From: Lingula anatina
Lineage: Eukaryota > Animalia > Brachiopoda
DNA length: 64,000 nucleotides
Direction of reading: 5' to 3'
Assembly (NCBI GenBank): GCA_051362555.1
Contig: CM120649.1
Location: forward strand, 17,436,567 to 17,500,566
The translations under genes were made by a program, and so were the position numbers. Of this stretch, positions 12,696 through 25,600 are shown piece by piece. The notes beneath the pieces are model-generated. The model saw only the letters and a program-made list of their open reading frames with translations, searched no databases and was not told the DNA's origin. Position 1 is the first letter of the stretch. Every line of letters starts with the position of its first letter.

Positions 12696-13609
12696 GATAG
12701 CATAAACACTGTGGTTCTTTGAGGTATTCTGTGTGGATTTTTTGGCGTAAAGACAACCCCGTGCATATACCAGTATACACTAAGTGTCCAAATTTTGTTC
12801 TTGAGTACCAAAATGAAAAAGTGTCATTTGGTTACGTAAGTTAATGATCATATGTCACAATAGAAATTACATGTAGATGTAAAATTGAGACAGTCCTGTT
12901 TTTTTTTCTATACTCCTGCTATACTCCTGCTGATTTCAGTTTTGAATTCATTCAATTTTATTTTTTGAGACTTGTGATATTGCAGCTTGTGAAATGCACC
13001 TCTGTATTGGGTTTGAATGTGCAAAGTCCCTGAATAGAATCGTATATGACAGACTCACAAACGAAAAAGTTGCATGCTATCTGAGAATTTTCCCAGAAAA
13101 CAATGAGATTTAGATGTTAAATTGTAAACTTTTAATTTCCGGGAGATTTACTCTTCATCATAAAGGTCCCCCACGTCCAACCCCGTCCAGAGAAGAACGA
13201 TCCACAAATAAGTTCTTTGATTTAAGTTCCTTTCAGCTGAGTCATTGCCGTATTGGAGATGAAGATTAGTATACCGAAAAAACTCGCAGATAAAAATACT
13301 GAAAATAATATAGCACACCTTGCATGTATATTGTGGGTTGGATGTCACAATAAGGAAAAAATGAGAATAAAATGAAAGCGGTTTCAAGCATGAAGGCTAT
13401 CGTTTTTTAATCTTACGGGCGCCTGCAGGTACAAGTCTGTTTGTACTTTATTACCTACAATCCTCATTTCTGCACACAAAAATAAAATGAAAACAATGTC
13501 ACATTGACAGTGTATCACGTGATATGTGCCTGACTGAGCATATTTGCACTTACAATCCCAGAATGCCTGCAGCGACCCTGAAACATCGTAACATAAGGTT
13601 AGTTACCAC

Positions 13610-13647
<38 letters not shown>

Positions 13648-13663
13648 GAAAAATTAAAACAGA

Positions 13664-14216
13664 ATGGTGCTAGCAGCTAATAAGAGGGTTGTATTATCTC
13701 AAGGAGTGCCAAGAATTGAACCCCTTGAGATAATACAGTTTGCCTTGATAATTTTTATGGCAATCGATGTAACAGTACTGGTGTGGTACACTGATATATT
13801 GATAACTGTTGACGAAGTTCATCCCCCAGAGATGGAACCCTGCAAATCACTTCTGAAAAATAAAACAGCTCTGCTTACTGCTAGAGGAGAAAACCCTGCA
13901 TTCGATCAGATACTAGTGCCAGGATAAAGGAGTTATGACACGACATAAAACAACCTCCTAGGTAAAAACTGCAAACAAGGCAAAAGACCGAACACATATT
14001 CTACATATAGTCTAGAGGATATTGGGACTACGCCCTCCTCCCCGGACTCCACACCCAACCCCCAATCCCGGACAACCCCTTTCCACACACGCACACGCAC
14101 ACACACACACACACACACACAATCCCCTTGCCGAAAACTGACACCCACTTATGGTGGGTTATATATATACCATGAGGATTATTTCCCCCACAAGGTGGAT
14201 CGGAATGTCCGTATAG
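13664..14216 (+). pseudogene. Internally deleted FUT paralog (mini copy D); 87-aa TM/stem ORF 13664..13927
   Basis: IIQFALIIFMAIDVTVLVWY..HPPEMEPCKSLLKNKTALLTARGE, then a C-rich/CA tract and a degenerate FUT 3' end. Confidence 0.8.
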
Positions 14217-14260
14217 GATAGCATAAACATGGAGGATCTTCAAAGTGTTCTATTCCGTTA

Positions 14261-15142
14261 AGCCTCGGTCACAACCGGCCGTACGGGCTCTTACGGGCTG
14301 TTTGCGTCCAAATTTTGCGCAGAATCTCACATCCCACGCAAGTCCTTCTTACGAAATTTGGAGTTCCCAGACAGCCTGTAAGCACGTACGGAGGATGTTG
14401 GACATGTCCAAAAGATTCTACGAATAGCCTGCGAACAGCGAGGCCGCAAGCGTAACTTGCTCCCCTCGCACGGAGTTAGCAAGAGAGACGCGCGTTGTGC
14501 AAGATGCACGTCACAAGCAATGAAGGCACAAGTGCCCTTTGCGTGTTGAGTAAGGCACACGCCCTCACAACTAACGAACAAAGTCGAGAGCACGTGCGTC
14601 ACCCCCACACCTGGTGTATGAAAGGCGTGCTCACGACGCACGCTCGTGTCTTTACAATGAAGGTCGACTGTGTAACGTGTACAGCAATTTTCAAAATTTT
14701 CAAATTTTTTTCTCAATTTAGTTTCTAATATGCCTCCAAAAGGCAAGAGAAAGAAGCTTACATAGTAGAAAAAGGGAGGAGGAAGAAGAAAAAAGAGGAG
14801 AACAGGAAGCAAAACTGACGTACGCCGTCAGTGCGTCACCACAAACGTGTGATAGCAAAACTGACGCAAAAGGGCACTACTTTCGCCGTGCATTGCATTC
14901 CCTTCGTAAGTGGTGAGTGTGTGCCACGTACACAGGAAGCAAGGCAAACTCAAGAAATGAGTACAATTTCCACGGCAATCGCTCCTTGCAATAAGAGTCC
15001 CTGCTTGAAAGGACATCTCATGTGGCCTTTGCGACTCGCAAGACTTTCCTCTACCTCTACGACCTCCACAGCCTCCGCAACACCGAAAAATCGCAGAGGT
15101 CGTACGATCCTGAAATTTGTGCGTCCGGTTGTGACCGAGGCT
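14261..15142. mobile_element. Non-autonomous PIF/Harbinger-type DNA transposon (882 bp)
   Basis: Perfect 18-bp TIR AGCCTCGGTCACAACCGG and TTA target duplication (14258-60, 15143-45). The paralogous sites (ctattccgTTAcat at ~3810, 7462, 10604) are empty. Confidence 0.9.
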
Positions 15143-15649
15143 TTACTTTTTTTGCTAGCTAATAATATACCTGTGCACATTCTTGCTAGGCGTACAAAGT
15201 TTGCTCCTGCACACCAAGATACAGCAATTTCTTAATAAAGATAATATAATTCAATATATGATTACTTTTAATGATGTCTGTCCTTATTTATTTAAATGAA
15301 TGCAGGTTCTGTGAAGCTTTATATCACACGTATATACGGGACTCAACCGAGCTTGGATATTAGCTCATTTCACTGGAATCAATGAGATTTAGGCATTTAC
15401 ATGGCAAAGTTTTAATTTGCCTGGAGATTTCAGCTCTTTACTAATCATCATCATCATCATCAAAGCCAACCCTATACTACCCCGTTTACAGAATTACGAT
15501 CCACAAACACTTTTTTCGGTTCTAGTTTTTAATCAGCCTTGTTATGGAGGTAGAGATTTGTACAGTGAAGGAAATGCCCATGTAAAAAAAAAAAATAAAT
15601 AAATAATAATAACTTTACAAAGTGTTTTGTGGTTTCAAGTCACAATTCG

Positions 15650-15702
<53 letters not shown>

Positions 15703-15921
15703 AAGAAAAGTGATAAAATACAATCATTCCATGCAAAGCGGTTTCAAGCAGGGAAGCTAGGGTTTTTAATCTCATTGGCGTCCGCAGGCACATTTCTGTT
15801 CATTAAACCTACAGATGTGTATAATTTATAATAGTTGGTTACAATCCTAAAATGCGTCTCGCGAATCATATTAACTAACCCGCATAAGCTTTGGTTAAAT
15901 TTCACTTTGAAAGCAAAAAGA

Positions 15922-17187
15922 ATGGCGACAGCAGCAAAAATAGTTCGGATTTTAGTGTTTTTCGGAGCAACTGGTTTGATAGTAATGGTCTGGTACACTC
16001 ACACATTTATACGTGTCGGCAATTTCCATCCCCCAGAGACGGAAACTAGCGAATCACTCCTGAAAACTGAAACGGCGCTGCTAACTGGTAGAGAAGAAAA
16101 CTTTACGCCACGACATTGGGGTTCTGACACGACACAAAGTCACCTCCGAGGCAAAAGCTCCACGCCAAACAAAATTCCGAACACATCTCCAGGATCTTTG
16201 GACAGAGAAGATTTGGTCCTTAAAATCAAACCAAATAGACTGAAGACGAAAACTGAATCTGAACAAAATATGCGTGAAGCGCACCGTTTTGTTTCACCAG
16301 ACATGGGAGCAGAGCTGGAAAAAAGATCAAAACATTGGATTAATTCTACGAGACTTTTCATCATGACAGGGGTTTCTGGTCGCACTGGTAACCGTATGTT
16401 TCAGTTTGCGTCAATGTATGGAATTGGAAAACGTAACAACATGACTCCGGTCCTGCTTGAAAACGCAGAGGTACGAGGAGTATTTCAAATTCCGGATTAT
16501 ATTCCCCGCTCTTTACCACCTGGTGTTAAACTTGTGAAATTCCACGAGAAGAAATACGCATTTTATGATAACAGGACGGAGACATTGTACAAGAACGGAC
16601 AATCGGTACAGTTATTGTATTATTTGCAGTCCTGGAAATATTTCCACAATGTCGAAGATGATCTAAAGCAACATTTTCGTTTCCGAAAGGAGGCAGAGTT
16701 CCGCAGAGAAATCAATGCTTTCTTTGACACTGCGTTACTAGAACTTGGGATGACCAACAAAAGGGAGAAAGTAACGTATATTGGAATCCATGCCCGGAAT
16801 TGGAAAGACATGCCTACGAACGCATATAAACATGGTTATAATGTGGCGCCATCTAGTTACTACACAAAAGCCATGCGGTACTTTGAGAATATCTACAAAA
16901 ACATCCTATTTATTGTACTGTCTGATGATATGTCTTGGTTCAAAAAGAATATTCAGCACCCACGAATCCGATACAACCCATTCAACGACCCCATACTGAG
17001 TTTAGCTCTCTTAGGAAGTTGTAACCACACCATAATGTCGGTGGGTACCTTTTCTTGGTGGGGCGCGTGGTTGGCCGGGGGAGACGTGGTTTACTATAAA
17101 GACTGGCCCAAACCTGGCACTTACTTGTGGTGGCGCACCAACCATGAGGACTATTTTCCCCCAAAATGGATTGGAATGTCCGGATAG
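15922..17187 (+). CDS. GT11 alpha-1,2-fucosyltransferase-like protein, copy 5 (~421 aa)
   Basis: Intact ORF with the same motifs (GRTGNRMF, GIHARNWKD). Last array member; its 3' flank diverges after ~17220. Confidence 0.9.
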   Translation: MATAAKIVRILVFFGATGLIVMVWYTHTFIRVGNFHPPETETSESLLKTETALLTGREENFTPRHWGSDTTQSHLRGKSSTPNKIPNTSPGSLDREDLVLKIKPNRLKTKTESEQNMREAHRFVSPDMGAELEKRSKHWINSTRLFIMTGVSGRTGNRMFQFASMYGIGKRNNMTPVLLENAEVRGVFQIPDYIPRSLPPGVKLVKFHEKKYAFYDNRTETLYKNGQSVQLLYYLQSWKYFHNVEDDLKQHFRFRKEAEFRREINAFFDTALLELGMTNKREKVTYIGIHARNWKDMPTNAYKHGYNVAPSSYYTKAMRYFENIYKNILFIVLSDDMSWFKKNIQHPRIRYNPFNDPILSLALLGSCNHTIMSVGTFSWWGAWLAGGDVVYYKDWPKPGTYLWWRTNHEDYFPPKWIGMSG

Positions 17188-20100
17188 GGCAACATACACG
17201 TGAACATGGCGGTTCTTAAAGAAGGAATCTAGATCTTCGCGGTTGACCATTAATCATTTATTAATTAATTATCAGAATTGAGTGGTGTTGCAAAAGGTCA
17301 CGTATTCTCTCAGTGGTTTTAATTACTAAAATATAATACAGGTCTATCTTCAAAAGGTTTCAGTGCTTGCTAGCGCAAATTGATTTATGTTTGACGACCT
17401 TAATTCATATGAAGTCTTCCAATTTGAAATTTAAACTGAAAAAGTAGAAAGTGGAAATATTCTGATTCAACTTACAAAAAACTTCTGCAATGGCAATAGT
17501 TTAAATTTGCCCATATTTTTTCGGTGTAAGAATGATTTTTTCTTGACCCCCCTCGATATCTGAAAAACATCACACCAATGGTCCCCTCTTGAAATTAGAA
17601 TTTTGACTGAATCATAGTTCTAAACCGTACCAAATGGCAACGTACACCCTCTTAAGTAACAATATTTTTCGGGGTCTTCCAGCCACCCCGAACCACACCA
17701 AGGGGGGTGGGGGGTGTTGACTTCTCATTTGCCCCCTCCTTTTTTTAAAAAATAATTCTGGATCCCCTGAAAACTATATAAATATGAACAAGTAAATGCA
17801 CGTGTTATCTAAATAGAACATCTTTAGCGACGAAGAAAATCAAAGGTGTTAATATGTTTATGAAAGGAATCATGTAGTCAAATAATTAAAGATTCTGAGC
17901 AAATTAAATGGGCTTAGATCAAGATTAGATTTCGTGGACCTATAAGGCAGATTTGAAAAAAATGCGGTCATAACATAAGCAAGGTACCCTGGACATTGGT
18001 AGATATGAATGTATATGGTATAAAATAAATCAAAATGTAATTTGCCTTACAATTTACTGTTTCAAAACATGGTGGGGTGCATTTCCACCTACTGCCAACT
18101 AAAATGCACAGGAAGGGGTGGGGTCAATATCAAAATATCAACAATGGCAACCATTTTTCTTGCATTCAAGTAAAATAAATGACACAAATACACATAAAAG
18201 GGTTTCAAATGGTGAACACATTTATTCTTTACAAAATAACTTAGATGGTAAACATTACTCTTGCTGACAATGAACCAGATATATTTACATTTACATGTAA
18301 CAAGTAAGGTGTACATAATTAAGAATTTTGTACATACGGCTGAAGACCATCCAAAGTATGCTTTAGATGTCTGCAGTGCCTACTTTTGCCATTAAATACA
18401 GCGCATGTAGATGTCAACAAAAGACATACTACTGGGTACCATTGTATAACAAATACAAAACAACCTCAAACTGACTGCTCTTCTGTATCGATAAAAACTA
18501 TTTTACAACACGCATGTTCAAACAATATAAACCTAATAATACTGTAAAAATATACTTCAAAATAAGGTGATGCTGGCATGCATCTAAAAGAAGTTTGTAC
18601 TATTGGTGCATATTTTATTTCAATGTAGGTGGCAGCACATGCTCCGTTAGACGACAACAGATGGCAGCACGGACCTTAAACATAATCTCTTTTTGGTGTT
18701 GTGACTATAGTTTTTCAACTATGATTGTGTAATACAAATTACAAATAAAATGACAGCTATGGTCACCAAAGTTAAACAGTTTTACAAAAACATAATCTGC
18801 TATAAAATTATTTGTTACTTTTTGGCTTACATTCCTTATGTTATCTTTAGTTTTTATAACATACAGTAACATATATTACTTACTCATTCCATCACTATTA
18901 CCATAAAATACAATGTTACAATACTGTTAGTGACTCAATATATTCTATATTAGTGACAATGTACAATAATAGACTGGCTTAGTTCTGCAAGACAAAACTT
19001 TGACCGAAAGCAAAGCCAAATGCCATTGACTTTCAAGATAGCATCAAATGCTTTAGTTATGCCATCATCAGATATTGTTATTGTCTGATTGATAATTTTT
19101 ACTTGCCACCAGTCAATGTCATGTTTTTAACAGATATTAAATTTATGGACACAAGATCAAAATCTATGCTACACATACGTATATCAAAATGTACAAATAT
19201 GCCAATGACTTTGGTTTTTATTTTACTATTCCAGTATTATTGCAACAAGTTCGATTTTTGGCATTATGAAATTAAAAGAAATGTACAACTTTCACGATTT
19301 TAAGGGAAGTATCTTACATCTAAAACATATCAAATTACAACATCCAGGTATGTAACAATAAATACATGATTAATGGGACATAACTGATTACTCACATTTT
19401 CCAAAACATGGTGCAAAAGATTTGGCTTAAGTTGGTAGAAACGAGTTTGGTCCTTAACAGACATTTTTAGAATTAACAAAAAATAAAGAACTCCATGAAA
19501 TACATGTAGTTGGACCAAGGCCTTTTTCACATTTTGTGGTATACTGATTAACTGTAGCACTATTTTTGCGAGATTGGCAATTAAGTAGCCTGGCTATTGC
19601 GAAAAAAAAAAAATGATAATAATCATAAATAAATAAATAAATAAAATAAATAAATAAGTAAAATAATAAAATAGATAAATAAATAAATGAAAAATAAATA
19701 AAATAATAATAATAATAAACAAATATGGATCAAATATGGCGACTCACTTAAAAGCTTGCCATCTAATTCCTTAATAGACGCTGCACAGATTCCCTGTAGG
19801 AATTGCACAACAAGCACTCAAGTGAATTGGCCATATTTAATCCATGGAAAAGTTGGCCTGCTGTTTTGAATACTGCCTTAGCAACAACAGTCTGGATATC
19901 CTTCATTAAAACCATAACCACTTTAATAAATCATTCTTATGCTCCAAGTGAGTTGCCATCATGTTGTCAACCCCTTAAGTGAACGAGTACAGCCTAAATA
20001 ATTTAGGTATATCATTTGTTGTGAAAAGGGACTGAGAAGTTTCAAACTTGACGACGTTTTCTTATGTAATTTTACATTTAGTTGGAAGACCGTGCTTTCC

Positions 20101-20731
20101 CCATAGAGACGACAAACATTCGGACCGATGAACCTTCGGACTATTGAACCTTCGGACTATTGCTATGGCCCCTTTCTTACAAAAGTTGATGTTCATTGTG
20201 CAATGTGAGACAAAAATGCTTCCTCCTCAAGTAGCAATCTATTCTTTTCTGCCAAGTTTTCTTTATAAATATTACATCTTCAAGTGATGGCTTTGATGAA
20301 CAGCCTGTAAACCAACTTTCAAATTCCATTACTGCTTCAGTAATAACTCGATCTCATGTTCCTATATGAGCACTGCATTATACATTCTTATCAACTATGT
20401 AATAATAATCTTTTGTGGTAAAATCTCCATTTTGTTACGTGGTGTGTGTCAACTGTATGAAGAATCACATCTCTCCTGTAGACAGTTATGAAATACCTTG
20501 AAGAACACCTGTGACATTATGATGTTCTTGGTTGCACTGAGAGAGTTCAATCCGAATTGCGTTATGTGAGATGCAATTCTAACTCTGTCACACTCCATTA
20601 CTGTCACACATTTTTCTATTTGAGTTGAATTCTTTCACTTTCCATATCTTCATTGCTACAGTTGATACACTTTTAGACATTCTGTCAAATTCCAGAGCTT
20701 CACTGCGATAGGTGAGACAGTTTCAAACCTG

Positions 20732-21047
20732 TCACATTCCATAACTGCCATAATATTTTTCTTTACTGGCATGACAGGATAGACAAGTACAGAGGATAGA
20801 GGTGGCAGCACCTGCTATTGTGAGGTAATATGCCCATGAGAATGAACATGTGCCTGAAGTTAAAAAAAAGAATCCTAATTACTAATAAGTCTTGCTATAA
20901 AGAATAATCTGAAAATTGATATGTTCTTCAACTTCATAATTCTAAAAGTTCTCATCTGAAAATCATTTCACCTTGATTACATATTTGACAATACCACATA
21001 TTCAAATTTAACAAGTATAACAATTTTTCAAATATGCATTTACTAAG

Positions 21048-21078
<31 letters not shown>

Positions 21079-22614
21079 CCTTAACAGAACCAATTTAATG
21101 TAAAATAACTGTTTTCCATCATTTTCAAACAAGAAAAAAATCTCACCTATTTGATATGCTGCTGATAGCCCCCCACACGCCTGCTGTACCTCCCAGCTGT
21201 TCCAGCCATTCGGGTATAATACACAGCCGCCTCCAATGAGTAAACCTTTCAACAAAGAAACAGGACTTTTTTAATTAGGCAGCAAAAACTGGTATGAACA
21301 TAAACATTAATAAATAACGAAAACAAATAAACTCAATTAATTATTAGATTCAGTGACAGGGAAACTTGTCTTCTCCGGCATTTAGAGCACAACCTAAGAA
21401 ATGGATTCTTCACATTTGGAAAATTCTTAAAGCTGCCAAAAGATGGCAGCACCACTAGAAGCCAAAGAATTGTTTGCACTTCATAAGGTCTCCTTTCTCT
21501 AATTTGATGTTTAAACTTTTCACTACAAAATCTGGTCCATCCCTTTTCTCCCAAACATTGACCTTCTAAGGGTAACAACTGGAGTGTTACACATTTCAAA
21601 CTGCTTGCAGAATGAAAGCTGTAATTTATTTATCAAAACCAAAACCTCCCTTGCCATGTCTAAGGCGGGAATTACCTGAAGTGAAGAAACAGGGGGCAAC
21701 TCCACAGAAATATCAAAAATGCTGAATGAAATACAGGCCACAGAATACAGTAATTGAATAGAAATAAATCAGTTAATCTTGTTTGAGTTTGGACATACCA
21801 GATGTTACCTTTCACTTCAAATCTAAAAAACAAATACACTTTGCTTGGTATAGAACCATGGAATTTAGTAACAAGGATTTTATAAATGCAATGCATTTTC
21901 ACTTTATTCACAGGATATTTGGGTACAGCTGCTACTCCCCTTCCTAAGCAGAGGAGGAGTAAATAATGGGACTTTTCCACTTTTACAGCAAATAAATAAA
22001 CAGATAAAATAAACAAAAAATGAGTACATAAATGATACATAAATAGAAAAATTATTAAACAAAGAAATAAAAAATGTAAAATAAATAAATAAATAAATAA
22101 AAAAGGAAAGCTCTAGCAGCAGCTCCAATGTCATGAGATCCTTGCCATCAGGAAAAAAAATAAATGCAAAAAAAAAAAAAATGTTGCTATTTCCTCAATT
22201 CTACTGTATAATGCCTGTGTAAAACTGATAAAATTGAAGGTTCCGAGTTCAGATATGTATCTGCTTCCTGACAAAAAGCAGTCATCATCTTATTTCACGC
22301 TGGGTACATTTTCTTTCATCTCCTGGATCAAACCTATAAAACCAGAACCTATATCACCCTGTTCAACCATTTAGCTCTGTCAAGCTTGAAAAAAAAAAAC
22401 TTTTGTAACTTTTGTAGGTTCTGACAATACAAAAGAGGAATGGCAGCATAAAAAGAGTATTTTGAAAGACTGTGTCATTTAATGGGATTGGTTTGATCCC
22501 ATTTTTGTGTCCTAGACTGTATTTTTGGATAAGTTTTACCATGTGTGTCTGGTGAATGAAAGTGGACTCCTCAGTGTTCCTCTGTGTGTTTGTGTGTGTG
22601 TGTGTACGAGAGAA

Positions 22615-22645
<31 letters not shown>

Positions 22646-25600
22646 GTTTCCCAAACTACTTAAAAACATGTATCATATTTTTCATCATATCCATGCACTT
22701 CTTTTTTGTCACAAAGTATCATTATCGCTATTATTATCATCAACACATCTTCCTTGGGCATATTCTGACTCAGTACTCTAACACATGTAGCATAAGCCAT
22801 GGTGAGAGTTCCACTTGGTTCTGTTAGATGTCAAACATTTAAGGGGCACTGAAGTGTACTTGCCTTTGATTCTATGACTATAGATGATGGAGGAAATGAC
22901 AGTTTGTACTAAACCTTTTAATATTTCCATGGGGCTTGTGAAAGAGCATCTATTATTAAAGATGTGGTATCACTGTGTTTTTGACTTGAATGCATGTCTG
23001 ATATATAAAAGATTGGCACAAAAGGGTCTTCTTTGGACAATGACTGAGATGGTAGGGGGCAGGACGAGAAGGTTAAGGATTACATAATTGAAGGGGGGGT
23101 GCAAGCAAGTGCCTGTTTCAAAATATCAAACCTTAAATTGATTTCTGTTGGAACTGCATATGTCCATATGGCGCATCAAAATTGTTAGGATTATTTTACT
23201 GTAAAGGAGGGTGGTGGTAATTTCTAAAAAAAGTCTTCAAGATCGCTTATTTTTCTTACTATTTTTTAATAGAAAAAAAGGGCATGTGGATAAAAATTTC
23301 ATCACTGGACTTAATAACAACCTGTACCGGTGAATACAATATACTGTACTATTTCTTCTCTTTCAAAAACCACATGTTTGTTTGAAGACGTTTTCTTTGT
23401 CTTCTTTCAAATATCAAATATTTGTGCAGTGGTATTACTAGTTTTAATGTCCTTCTAACATAGGGTACTTGATACTGCAGTCTTTGTGAGTAAGTGTCCC
23501 CTTGAATTGATGTGGTAGACCGCAGGACCTCATTTCCTTTGTGGTTTTCTATCCCCGATCTCACTTCTGTCACCTCGTCTTACTTCAGGTCCATGGTGGT
23601 GCCATTTGGAGCAGAACCCACTGGCACTGTGTGTTCAGTAAGGGCCGATTCCCAATGAAACTACAGACCTATGTAGAATGATAGTTTCATTGGGAATGAG
23701 ACTATACCCTCTTTCATTTGGGTTGAGACACATGACTCTTAATTGTGTGCACACACACACATGCACAGCCAAACAAACACACACATGCAAAGCAACATGC
23801 ATGCACAGAGAAAAAAAGAGAAGAATGAATATACACATCAAGAAATATGCGTGTGCAAAACACACATCTCAAAATAAACAGCTCAACAGAGAAGTGTAAC
23901 AAAGAAAGAGGGAATGAGAGAAGGAGAGAGAAGGAGAGAGTGGTGGAGAGAGAGTAGTATTCATTCAATTTCTGATCAATTTGCTTTTGAACTTTAAGTA
24001 TCGATCTCCTTTCACGGAATGACTGTTTACTCAACAAATCTGAAAAAAAAAAAAAAAAAAAACTGCCATTGGTGATTTCTGGATATATCCAAAGGGTGGC
24101 AAATATTTAAAGATATTTCTCTTTCGTCTCTCCCCCCCATCCCCTTCACTGATTGACATCTTACAGGTACCACTGCCAAAGCAAAGTACAGGTTCTACAC
24201 ACAGTTTGTTTTTAATACAATTCAGTTTTTTCTTTTGTCCCTCCTCCTCCTGTAAAGGGTAACACAGGTTCTTCACGCACACACAGCCCACGACAACCCA
24301 GCCGTGTAATCTACCTCTTTACTACCACAATGGGGCAGAAATAGGGAGATGATTGAGATAACCTCTCACCTGAGCCTTTAGTCTCATAGTGCACCAGAAT
24401 ACTTTACTCTTACCACACATTTCTGATGCCTGCTTTCTTCCTTTGTGTATTTATTGTTCATTAAATGCCCTGCATGTGGATGGTACATATCTAAGATGTC
24501 TGGGCTGGAGAGTACATTTGTGATTTTTGGTTTTTAAACAGAAAAAAAGTCATTTTTGTGTTAAAAAATTATGTTTTTGTTTTATTTTTCTCTCTTTATT
24601 TGAGGAGAGCATAGAGATGGGGAAGTACATAGCATTCCAACTGCTGGCTGTTTTGACAACAAAATACTTATGTAAAAATACTTTGACTACATAACTTTGG
24701 TGCCCCCCAGACCATACCCCACTACAAAAAGAATAAAATATCAGGAAAAAAAAAGGAAAAAAAAAAAAAAAAACAGATACCATGAAATTCTTAAATATTT
24801 CTAAGTTACAACATTTATATAATCCACATAAGCAACCCAGTTTATGAAATTGTGTATGCATTCATGCAGAGTTCACATAAAGAAAAAAAAAAAACCCAGA
24901 CGCCATGTAATGGCCCTGAAAAGGTCGTACATTCTTTTGTTACGCCACTTTCACACCAGCCTGTGCAACCATACATGTTCAGACAGTGGAAAACCTGCAC
25001 CACCATTTTGTTGACATAACAATACCTCATCACAAATTACTTCATTCACTCCCCCAGTGACCTCAGACGAAAGGTTTCTCGGAGCAAGCAGCTGCACGTT
25101 TTCGTGTGTACACAGGCAGCAGACTATGTAACCCTGCTTTCATGGTGCAGGTGGAAGGAACTGTCTGATGATATGATGTCTGCACATAAATTATCACACT
25201 AGGGTTTCTTTTTTTTTCTTTTATTTGGGGGGGGGGGGAGAGGGGGGACAGGGCTTTTTTATTGCTGGTAAAGTAATAGTTCAAAAGTATTGGGGATTAT
25301 AATTTAGACTGCTAAAATCAGACAGATGGCTAGTGGTCTAAAATAAATATGATGGCATGATTTCTGGGGTCACTTTCATGAAAGAAATTAAGATAAAAAT
25401 TTTGGTCAATACTTAAAAACTAAAAATTGAAGCCTTAATGCCTCATAGTAAATTATTACAAGTCCAGTTAACTGACAAAATGTGCCTGTTTTATCACGAA
25501 ACGAATAAAAATGGCCAGTGCATAGGACCAAGATGCTAAAATGTACCAAGCACCTGCACCCATGTACAACAGGACCTATAAAACCACAAAATATTCAACT

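Noticed and set aside
14327-15235. ORFs of 134-161 aa inside the Harbinger-type insert
   Set aside because: No transposase or Myb/SANT motifs recognised, and one ORF runs past the TIR.
1201-17250. Recurrent antisense and alternate-frame ORFs (e.g. MLNILSAPRH.., MLFRFAIPY..)
   Set aside because: Shadows of the duplicated FUT CDS; they recur only because the DNA is duplicated.
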